From: Candidatus Staskawiczbacteria bacterium
GTDB lineage: Bacteria > Patescibacteriota > Minisyncoccia > Minisyncoccales > Staskawiczbacteraceae
NCBI GenBank assembly: GCA_903835075.1
Contig: CAILLM010000004.1
Location: 16,532 to 80,531, forward strand
Reading direction: 5' to 3'
Length of the DNA: 64,000 nucleotides
Part shown: piece after piece, positions 34,924-42,372 of the stretch
Layout: each line of letters starts with the position of its first letter
Position numbering within the stretch: the first letter of the stretch is position 1
Notes under the pieces: model-generated
Databases searched by the model: none
Told to the model about the DNA's origin: nothing
The model's input: only the letters and a program-made list of their open reading frames with translations
Translations under genes and position numbers: made by a program

Positions 34924-36633
34924 ATGCAGGATAAACGTGAAATAAAAAATTGTCAAAATTGCAAAAAGGATTTTATTGTAGAGCCTGAGGATTTTGATTT
35001 CTATGAAAAAATGAAAGTGCCAGCACCAACTTTTTGTTGGAAGTGTAGATTTCAAAGAAGGATGTCTTATAGAAATGAGCGCAAGGCATTTTTTAATACT
35101 AGCTTGAAAACAGAAAGTAAAGTTTTCTCTTTATATTCAAAGCAATCAAAAATTCCTATTTATAGTGATGTAGAATGGAATGAAGATGATTGGGATGCAA
35201 CGCAATATGGGGTTGATTATGATTTTTCGAAATCATTTTTTGAACAATTTCATGATCTAACTATGACCGTGCCTCACTGGGGAAGTTCTTGTGATGTTAG
35301 TAATTTAAGGTCAGATTTTGTGGCTAATTCTGATTACTCAAAAGATTCTTATCTTATTTTTAATACAAGCCACATGGAGTCTTGCGCTTATTGTAATTCT
35401 GCCACTCATTGTAGCGAATGTTTTGACTCTACTAGCATAGATTATTGTGAAAGAAGTTATGAGATATTTTGGTCTAACAAATGTTATCGTACTTATTTTT
35501 CATCTCAGTGTGATGATTGCACGAATGTTATATTTTCAAAAAATTGTAAGGGATGTATAGATTGTTTTGGGTGCGTGAATCTACGTAATAAGTCATATCA
35601 TATTTTTAATGTTGCCTATTCTAAAGAAGAGTATGAAAAGAAAATCAAATATTTTTTAATTAATACGTGGAACGGTTTCATAGATACAAAGAAAAAAGTA
35701 CAAGAATTTTGGTTAGAGTCTCCTGTAAAGTATATACAGGGAACAAACAATATGAATGTTGTTGGAGAGTATGTCTCACATTCACGCAATGTTTATATGG
35801 GTTATCTTATCCATGGAGGTGATAACCTTAAATATTGCCAGCACCATCCAGTCCCTGGAGTAAAAGACTCTATGGATGTGTCTGTCTGGGGAACCGTCAA
35901 TGAATTGTGTTATGAGAATTCAATTTGTGGGTATGGGTGCTTTAATTCTAAATTCTGCGTGGAATGCTGGCCACAAAATACAAATCTTGAGTACTGTATG
36001 TTTATGAAAAATTGTTCAGATTGTTTTGGCTGCATTGGTTTAAAAAACAAAAAATATTGTATATTTAATAAACAATATTCTGAAATAGAATATCGAGAGA
36101 TTATTGAAAAGATAAAAGAACAAATGGATAAAATGCCATATATTGATAAAAAGGGCAGGGTTTATAAATATGGAGAGTTTTTTCCAACAGAACTTTCTCC
36201 ATTTGAATATAACACCTCTGTGGTAAATGAATATTTTCCATTAACTCGTGAGCAGGCGTTTGAAGAGGGTTATGCTTGGGATGACACGGCAAAGACAGAA
36301 TATGAAGTAAATATAACTGCCAGCGAATTACCAGACTCTATAAAAGATGCCGAAGATAATATTGTTTCAAAATTAATTGCTTGTAATAAATGCAAAAAAG
36401 CATATCGCATTATAAAGTCAGAATTAGATTTTTTAAGAAAAGAAGAATTGCCCTTGCCTAGATTGTGTGTTGACTGCAGGTACGCTGAAAGAATATCGCA
36501 AAGGAATGAAGCCTTTCTATTTCATAGACACTGCATGAAAGAAGGTTGCACCAACGAATTTGAAACATCTTATGCACCCGATAGGCCAGAAATTGTTTAC
36601 TGTGAAAATTGCTACAGCAACGAGGTAGCCTAA
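34924..36633 (+). CDS. Cysteine-rich zinc-ribbon / solenoid-repeat protein, paralog 4 of 4
   Basis: 569 aa with the same architecture (CQNC...FYEKMKVPAPTFCWKCR; CKGCIDCFGCVNLRNK; CSDCFGCIGLKNKKYCIFNKQY; C-terminal CMKEGC-x17-CENC). Confidence 0.9.
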   Translation: MQDKREIKNCQNCKKDFIVEPEDFDFYEKMKVPAPTFCWKCRFQRRMSYRNERKAFFNTSLKTESKVFSLYSKQSKIPIYSDVEWNEDDWDATQYGVDYDFSKSFFEQFHDLTMTVPHWGSSCDVSNLRSDFVANSDYSKDSYLIFNTSHMESCAYCNSATHCSECFDSTSIDYCERSYEIFWSNKCYRTYFSSQCDDCTNVIFSKNCKGCIDCFGCVNLRNKSYHIFNVAYSKEEYEKKIKYFLINTWNGFIDTKKKVQEFWLESPVKYIQGTNNMNVVGEYVSHSRNVYMGYLIHGGDNLKYCQHHPVPGVKDSMDVSVWGTVNELCYENSICGYGCFNSKFCVECWPQNTNLEYCMFMKNCSDCFGCIGLKNKKYCIFNKQYSEIEYREIIEKIKEQMDKMPYIDKKGRVYKYGEFFPTELSPFEYNTSVVNEYFPLTREQAFEEGYAWDDTAKTEYEVNITASELPDSIKDAEDNIVSKLIACNKCKKAYRIIKSELDFLRKEELPLPRLCVDCRYAERISQRNEAFLFHRHCMKEGCTNEFETSYAPDRPEIVYCENCYSNEVA

Positions 36634-36693
36634 TAAGTACGTATTAATAAAAAAGGTCGCGTTTAAATAATATTTATTATTAATTTAAATCAT

Positions 36694-36999
36694 ATGATCT
36701 TTATTTATGTGCCATGTCAGAACCTTGATACGGCAAAAACCATAGCTAAAATTTTGGTAGAAAAAAGATTAGCAGGCAAGGTAGACATTATGCCCACCAA
36801 CTCATTTTCGCGGGAAAATGAAGGTGTAGCCGAAGTTGCAGGGGCAACCATGATAATTATGACCATAGATAAGCATGTTCAAGACATAGAGGACATTGTT
36901 AGAGAATATTACCAAGATGGCGTTCCCTGTATGGCTACAATTTCGCTATATCGCCTTAACCGTGATTTTAAGGATTGGCTTATAGACGTTACTAGCTAG
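36694..36999 (+). CDS. cutA: CutA1-like divalent-cation tolerance protein
   Basis: 101 aa. IFIYVPCQNLDTAKTIAKILVEKRLAGKVDIMP ... MIIMTIDKHVQDIEDIVREYY...VPCMATISL matches the CutA beta-alpha-beta pattern. Confidence 0.6.
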   Translation: MIFIYVPCQNLDTAKTIAKILVEKRLAGKVDIMPTNSFSRENEGVAEVAGATMIIMTIDKHVQDIEDIVREYYQDGVPCMATISLYRLNRDFKDWLIDVTS

Positions 37000-37007
37000 T
37001 GATTTTC

Positions 37008-37039
37008 TTGATAAAATCGTTTCAAAAAGCTATTATAAT
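37008..37039 (+). promoter_or_regulatory. Possible promoter for ATPase 2 (TTGATA-N17-TATTAT, overlapping TATAAT)
   Basis: ttgata at 37008-37013, tattat at 37031-36, tataat at 37034-39. It overlaps a 7-bp hairpin, agctatt/aatagct. Confidence 0.35.
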
Positions 37040-37071
37040 ACAATAGCTAAGTAATTTAATTAGAAATTTTT

Positions 37072-38538
37072 ATGGCAGAAAATAATAGAATTAGAAGGTT
37101 CAAATTGGCGCCTCCACCACCAGAGTTGCCTATTTATGGTACGGTAAATCCTGAAGATTGTTCTTTTATTGGCAAAACCAATTATGAAGCAGCACTTCAA
37201 GAGCAAAAATTTATTTTTGGCGTAAAACGCGTTGACAGACGAAGGCACTTATATATTGTAGGAAAGTCGGGCGTGGGAAAGTCAAAACTTTTGGAACTTT
37301 TTGTTAGGCAAGACATTGGGTACGGTCACGGACTTTGCTTTATAGATCCGCACGGAGATGTTATTGAAGATATTTTGCCGTTTATTCCAGAAGATAGAAT
37401 TGACGACGTTGTACTTATTGACCCTTCTGACGCTAAATTTCCAATTTCTTTTAATCCTTTAGCAAACATTGATGTTAATTTTAAGCACCAATTAACTCAA
37501 GGATTAATTGAGGTTTTGGAAAAGCAATTTGGAGCCAACTGGACGCCAAGGTTAGAGCACGTATTTAGGTTTACTTGTTTGGCGCTTTTGGATTATCCGC
37601 ACGGCACAATGCGTGGAATGATTTCCATGTTAACTGACAGAAATTATCGTCAGCTTGTTGTTGAATACATTCAAGATGACATGGTGAAAAGATTTTGGGC
37701 AATTGAATTTGCTGATTGGTCAGAAAAATATGACACAGAAGCTATTATTCCTTTGGTTAACAAACTTGCTCAATTTTTGTCTGATCCAATGTTGCGCGGA
37801 ATTTTTGGTCAAGAAGAAAACAAAATTGATTTAGAAAAAATGATGAATGAGGGAAAGATTATTTTGATAAATTTATCTAAGGGAAAATTGGGTGAAGAAA
37901 ATTCTAGCTTTTTTGGTTCAATGTTTATTACTAAATTAAAACAAGCTGGAATGGCACGTCAGTCTATACCAGAAAAAGATAGAGTTGATTTCTATTTGTA
38001 CGTTGACGAGTTCCACAACTTAATGACTGAAACTTTTGAAAATATATTATCTGAAGCTAGAAAATATGGCATGTGTCTTACAGTTGCTCATCAGTACATG
38101 GGTCAGCTTTTGCCGAAAGTCCAACAAGCAGTTTTGGGAAATACAGGAACAATTATTGTCTTTAGAGTTGGTGGAGAGGACGCTGTAAAATTGGAGCCCG
38201 AAATGGCACCAGTATTTGGAGCCAAAGATATGGTAAACTTGGGCGTGCAAAATTTTTACATAAAAGAAACAATTGATGGTGAAGCTTATGATCCTTTTTC
38301 TGCACAAACTCTTAAAGTTATGCCACCAACTCACAGATCTTTCAGAGAAGAAATTGTTGCAATGTCTCGCGAAAAATATGCTGTTTCAGCTGAAGCCGCG
38401 CAAAAACTTATGGCTTCTGAAGAGTCTAAAATTATGAGAAGTTCCCATGAAAAATCTATTATTCAGGGCAAAGGTAAGGGGCCAGAAGTACAAGAAGCTA
38501 AAAAAACCGAGGAAAAACCAGAGGAACCCCTTATTTAA
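37072..38538 (+). CDS. VirD4/TraD(TraG)-family coupling-protein-like P-loop ATPase, paralog of 27675..29678, with a short charged tail and no zinc ribbon
   Basis: Collinear with ATPase 1 throughout the core: KRVDRRRHLYIVGKSGVGKS vs KRKDRRQHMYVIGKTGAGKT; FYLYVDEFHNL; LTVAHQYMGQL; GNTGTIIVFRVG. Confidence 0.8.
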   Translation: MAENNRIRRFKLAPPPPELPIYGTVNPEDCSFIGKTNYEAALQEQKFIFGVKRVDRRRHLYIVGKSGVGKSKLLELFVRQDIGYGHGLCFIDPHGDVIEDILPFIPEDRIDDVVLIDPSDAKFPISFNPLANIDVNFKHQLTQGLIEVLEKQFGANWTPRLEHVFRFTCLALLDYPHGTMRGMISMLTDRNYRQLVVEYIQDDMVKRFWAIEFADWSEKYDTEAIIPLVNKLAQFLSDPMLRGIFGQEENKIDLEKMMNEGKIILINLSKGKLGEENSSFFGSMFITKLKQAGMARQSIPEKDRVDFYLYVDEFHNLMTETFENILSEARKYGMCLTVAHQYMGQLLPKVQQAVLGNTGTIIVFRVGGEDAVKLEPEMAPVFGAKDMVNLGVQNFYIKETIDGEAYDPFSAQTLKVMPPTHRSFREEIVAMSREKYAVSAEAAQKLMASEESKIMRSSHEKSIIQGKGKGPEVQEAKKTEEKPEEPLI

Positions 38539-38551
38539 AAATAAAGTATAA

Positions 38552-38607
38552 ACCCGCCGCCCTTAAAAGAGGGCGAGCCTCGCCCAGAAAAAGATTCTGG
38601 GCGGGAA
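38552..38607 (+). other. GC-rich multi-hairpin intergenic element (terminator-like or REP-like)
   Basis: Contains cgccct/agggcg (38558-38575) and cgcccagaa/ttctgggcg (38581-38603) stems, plus outer cccgcc...ggcggg arms. No T-run follows. Confidence 0.5.
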
Positions 38608-38627
38608 GAACCATTAATTTAAATAAA

Positions 38628-39683
38628 ATGTTTAAAACTATTAAAAATTTTGATTTAATTGATAAACGTGTTTTAGTAAGGTGTGATTTTAATGTTCCGT
38701 TAGATGAAAGCGGAGAAATCACTGATGACTTCAGGATTAAACAGACAATCCCTACAATTCAATATCTAATTGATCAAAACTCAAAGATAATTTTAATGAG
38801 CCATTTAGGTGAACCCAACGGCGTTGTTTCTCTCAATTTAAAATTAGATAAAGTTGCAGAAAAATTAGCAGAATATCTTGGTGTGGCTATTGGCAAGGAA
38901 GATGATTGCGTAGGCGTGGAAGTAGAAGGGCAAAGTACTAGTTTAAAGTCAGGAAAAATTTTATTATTGGAAAATTTGAGGTTTCACAAGGAAGAAACAG
39001 AATTAGTGGATGGGGGTGTTAATTTAGATTTTTCAAAAAAGCTTTCCTATTTGGGGGATATTTATGTAAATGATGCTTTTGGGGTTTGCCACAGGGACAA
39101 TGCGTCGGTTTCTGGTGTGCCAAAATTTTTGCCTCATTGCGGCGGTTTGTTATTGGAAAAAGAAGTCACATCACTAGATAAAATTATAAAAAATCCCGAA
39201 AAGCCGTTAATAGCAATTGTTGGTGGGAAAAAAGTTGAAACAAAAACTAAGTTTATAAATAATATTTCTAAATTTGCTGACTATGTTTTAGTGAGTGGCT
39301 TAATAGCTAAGGAAATTATAGACAAAAATATCAAGTTTGATTTTCCTGAGAAAATAATTGTACCAGTTGGTAAATTAGATGGTCCAGACATTGATGACGA
39401 ATCAATAAGAATATTTGAAGATAAAATATCACAAGCAGCTACAATTGTGTGGAATGGTCCTTTTGGAAAGTTTGAAGACAACCAATATGCTAAGGGGACA
39501 TTGGCAATTGCTAATGCAATAATAAATAGTAAGGCATTTTCAGTTGTTGGAGGTGGGGAAACTGTTGAATTTTTAAATAAACAAGGTATGATTGATAAGT
39601 TCAGCCACGTATCAACTGGCGGCGGGGCAATGCTTAGTTATTTAGCAGGAGATCCAATGCCTGGATTAGAAGCACTAGAATAA
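38628..39683 (+). CDS. pgk: Phosphoglycerate kinase (compact, 351 aa)
   Basis: RVLVRCDFNVPLDESGEITDDFRIKQTIPTIQYL, MSHLGEP, LENLRFHKEE, VNDAFGVCHR, GGGETV, STGGGAML. Confidence 0.9.
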   Translation: MFKTIKNFDLIDKRVLVRCDFNVPLDESGEITDDFRIKQTIPTIQYLIDQNSKIILMSHLGEPNGVVSLNLKLDKVAEKLAEYLGVAIGKEDDCVGVEVEGQSTSLKSGKILLLENLRFHKEETELVDGGVNLDFSKKLSYLGDIYVNDAFGVCHRDNASVSGVPKFLPHCGGLLLEKEVTSLDKIIKNPEKPLIAIVGGKKVETKTKFINNISKFADYVLVSGLIAKEIIDKNIKFDFPEKIIVPVGKLDGPDIDDESIRIFEDKISQAATIVWNGPFGKFEDNQYAKGTLAIANAIINSKAFSVVGGGETVEFLNKQGMIDKFSHVSTGGGAMLSYLAGDPMPGLEALE

Positions 39684-39693
39684 AATTTATTAT

Positions 39694-40842
39694 ATGCAAA
39701 AGATAAAAAATATTGAAAAAGCCGCAGAAAGGATCAAAAAAGCCGTTCAAAATAAAGAACGGATTATTTTGTATGGAGATTCTGACATGGATGGAATTAC
39801 TTCGGTTGTTATTGTTGAAGAAGCAATAAAAAATTTAGGAGGGCATGTTGAACATTGTTTTTTTCCAGACAGGGAAACAGATGGCTATGGTATCAACTTA
39901 AAAGCATTGGACATGCTTAAAGATAAGGTCCCCGCTCTTTTAATAACTTTAGATTTAGGAATTGGGAACATAGAAGAAGTTGATATAGCAAATAAAATGG
40001 GTTTTGAAGTTATAATTATTGATCATCATGAAGTTTTGTTTGGCGTGCCAAATGCTTCCATAATTGTAGACCCAAAACAAAAAGATGACGACTACCCTTT
40101 TAAGGGCTTGGCCAATGTTGGCATTGCATATAACCTTTGCATGGAATTAGTTGGCCAAGAAACTTCTCAGAGTTTAAAAAATAGCTTTTTAGAATTAGCA
40201 GCTCTTGGTACTATTGCTGACATGGTTCCGCAAATTGAACAAAATCAAAAAATTATTGAAGAAGGTTTAAGGTCTTTAAAAAATACTTTTAGGCCAGCAT
40301 TAAGAGTGTTTTTAGACATTTTAGGGGATGGAAGCGTATTCGTAGATTCTTTGCCAAAAATTATTTCAGCGCTAAACACTGCTGAGTCAGTAAATTTTGA
40401 GAATGAATCATATAAATTATTAGTTTGTTCAGACAAGAAGAAATGTAAAGATTTTGCGGAAGACTTGTTGGGAAGAAGCCAATACAAACAAGTTCAAATT
40501 AAAAATATTGTTCAGGATGTTGAGCAACGGATGTCAAGAAAGAAAAATAGCGTAATTATTTTTGAGGGGGATCCTTCTTGGAAATTAACATTAGCTGGTT
40601 CAGCCGCATCTATACTTTGCAATAAGTACAACAAGCCTGCTTTTATTTTTAAAAAAATGGATAAAGAATCTTGCGGTTCAGTAAGAAACCCCCATATTAC
40701 AGATTCTGTGGCGGCAATGAAGTCATGTAAAGACATATTAATAACCTATGGCGGGCATACAATGGCCTCGGGGTTCCGCATTAAAAATGAAAACCTAAAA
40801 GATTTTGAAGCTCGTTTGCAGGATTATTTTAAAGAGAGCTAA
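39694..40842 (+). CDS. DHH/DHHA1 phosphoesterase (RecJ-core / NrnA-like)
   Basis: ILYGDSDMDGITS (DHH motif I/II), IIIDHHE (DHH), C-terminal GGHTMASGF (DHHA1 GGGH-like). Confidence 0.75.
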   Translation: MQKIKNIEKAAERIKKAVQNKERIILYGDSDMDGITSVVIVEEAIKNLGGHVEHCFFPDRETDGYGINLKALDMLKDKVPALLITLDLGIGNIEEVDIANKMGFEVIIIDHHEVLFGVPNASIIVDPKQKDDDYPFKGLANVGIAYNLCMELVGQETSQSLKNSFLELAALGTIADMVPQIEQNQKIIEEGLRSLKNTFRPALRVFLDILGDGSVFVDSLPKIISALNTAESVNFENESYKLLVCSDKKKCKDFAEDLLGRSQYKQVQIKNIVQDVEQRMSRKKNSVIIFEGDPSWKLTLAGSAASILCNKYNKPAFIFKKMDKESCGSVRNPHITDSVAAMKSCKDILITYGGHTMASGFRIKNENLKDFEARLQDYFKES

Positions 40843-40903
40843 TAAATGATATAATTATATAAAGGTCATTAATCAATAATTTAAATAAATTGTAAATAAA
40901 AAT

Positions 40904-41122
40904 ATGGAAAATATGCAAGAAGAAAAAAAGTGTTGTGGTAACTGCAGTTGCAAATGCCCACATCATAGCATGGTGCCTTGGTGTATAATTTTAATTGGTT
41001 TAACGTTTTTGTTAGGTCAAATGAACATATTCACACTAAGTGCCGTTAGTATGATTTGGCCACTTTTGTTAATTGTAATAGGAGTAGTGAAATTGAGAGG
41101 AAAAAACTGCAAGTGTTGCTAA
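40904..41122 (+). CDS. Small Cys-rich two-TM membrane protein
   Basis: 72 aa. CCGNCSCKCPHH at the N-terminus, two hydrophobic helices, and a C-terminal NCKCC. Confidence 0.5.
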   Translation: MENMQEEKKCCGNCSCKCPHHSMVPWCIILIGLTFLLGQMNIFTLSAVSMIWPLLLIVIGVVKLRGKNCKCC

Positions 41123-41145
41123 GCAAGCTTTATGGAAATGTAAAT

Positions 41146-41173
41146 AAAAAATCCCGCTTTAGCGGGATTTTTT
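41146..41173. terminator. Bidirectional rho-independent terminator
   Basis: aaaaaatcccgc-ttta-gcgggatttttt: A-run, stem, then T-run. It serves the + strand small gene and, together with the adjacent 41177-41198 hairpin (acctgcctg/caggcaggt), the - strand rnpB. Confidence 0.75.
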
Positions 41174-41196
41174 ATTACCTGCCTGATGGCAGGCAG

Positions 41197-41597
41197 GTCT
41201 TAGTAAGACTATAAGCCGAATTCTGTATTACCCCGTAAAACGGGGGAACTGTGATTATCTGTCTGCCCATTCAATTACTCTCAGGGTCAAGCGAACTACT
41301 TTTCTCCGTCAACAAGTTTTAAAATCCATGAATGAATTTTTTAGGCTTTAAGCCCATGCTTGTCGAAGGGTTTGTTCTTGCGCCCAATAAGGATTTAGCC
41401 GTTTCAGCCCAACATTGCTGCTGAGATATACCCGTAGGGTATGCCAGGCGTTTCCACCTTTGCCGTTTCTGTTCGCACCTCGCACATTACTGTGGACGGC
41501 CGTTAGCCGCTATTATTTTAACTCCCGTTAGGGGCGTTGGTGTTCGGACTTTCCTCTCCAAACTTGCGTTTAGAGCAATCACTTATCTTGCTAAGAC
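41197..41597 (-). ncRNA. rnpB: RNase P RNA (bacterial)
   Basis: The - strand reads ...GGAGAGGAAAGUCCGAAC... (universal CR-I) and ...ACAGAAUUCGGCUUAU... (CR-V/P4 3' strand). The 5' GUCUUAG pairs with the 3' CUAAGAC as P1. It lies in an ORF-free, GC-richer stretch of about 400 nt. Confidence 0.9.
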
Positions 41598-41603
41598 ATC
41601 TTT

Positions 41604-41631
41604 ATAATAACAAAATACGTCCATTTGTCAA
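41604..41631 (-). promoter_or_regulatory. rnpB promoter TTGACA-N16-TATTAT
   Basis: On the - strand, ttgaca is at 41631-41626 and tattat at 41609-41604. The predicted start falls about 7 nt downstream, at the P1 5' end (41597). Confidence 0.65.
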
Positions 41632-41697
41632 GTTTAAAATAAATTGTAAAAACACGTAAAAAATAGTAAGATAAAACATTATTTAACTCAATCAACT

Positions 41698-42372
41698 ATG
41701 AATCCAATTAAAGAGGTTAATGGTATAATTTTTGAGCGCAAGGCAATAAAAACCCGTTTGTTTAATTTTGGAGATGATTTACTAAAAGCAGTAGAAGATT
41801 ATGTTTTGCCTCAAAAGCAGGAAGGAGATTGGTTGGCAATATCTGAAAAAGTTGTTTCCGTTTGTCAAAATAATGTAAGGCATATAGACACAGTAAAAGC
41901 TGGATTTTTAGCAAAAACAATTGTTAAGTTTGTTAAAAAATATCCAAATGATATTGGTTATTCTCGTGCTGAAAAAATGCAGGTGGCCGTGGAAATGGCT
42001 GGACGCATAAGAATGGTTCTAGCAATAATTTTAGGATCACTTGCTAAGGTTGTTGGAATTAAAGGAGTTTTTTGGATGGTGGCAGGTAATAGAGTTTCAG
42101 AAATTGATGGGTTTAACCCAGATGCAATGTGGCCATATACAGAGTATGCAATTTTACCACCAAAAAATCCTGAACAGCTTTGTAATGAAATTGAGCAAAA
42201 ATTAAAGTTGCCAACAGTTATTATAGATGGCAATAATATAAACGTAAAAATTATTTCAATGAGCAAAAGTGTGCCTGTTGATGAAAAATTAGCTAGATTA
42301 TCTTTGTTGGATAACCCAATGGGGCAAGATGATGAAATGACTCCATTTATTTTAGTTCACAAAAATGTTTAA
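41698..42372 (+). CDS. Hypothetical protein, possibly of the F420-0:gamma-glutamyl ligase (CofE)-like fold family
   Basis: 224 aa. GDWLAISEKVVSVCQNN and the overall size resemble CofE-like proteins. This is a weak, memory-based assignment. Confidence 0.3.
   Translation: MNPIKEVNGIIFERKAIKTRLFNFGDDLLKAVEDYVLPQKQEGDWLAISEKVVSVCQNNVRHIDTVKAGFLAKTIVKFVKKYPNDIGYSRAEKMQVAVEMAGRIRMVLAIILGSLAKVVGIKGVFWMVAGNRVSEIDGFNPDAMWPYTEYAILPPKNPEQLCNEIEQKLKLPTVIIDGNNINVKIISMSKSVPVDEKLARLSLLDNPMGQDDEMTPFILVHKNV

Noticed and set aside
29745-36633. A possible CRISPR or other non-coding tandem array, suggested by recurring identical 23-29 nt strings
   Set aside because: The repeats are about 1.7 kb apart, lie inside long intact ORFs, and encode the same peptide motifs. 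This is protein paralogy, not a repeat-spacer array. No CRISPR-like array exists anywhere in the window.
38531-38722. 63-aa minus-strand ORF over the GC-rich hairpin element and the pgk start
   Set aside because: It overlaps the pgk 5' end in antisense and consists of hairpin-derived codons. It is not credible as a gene.
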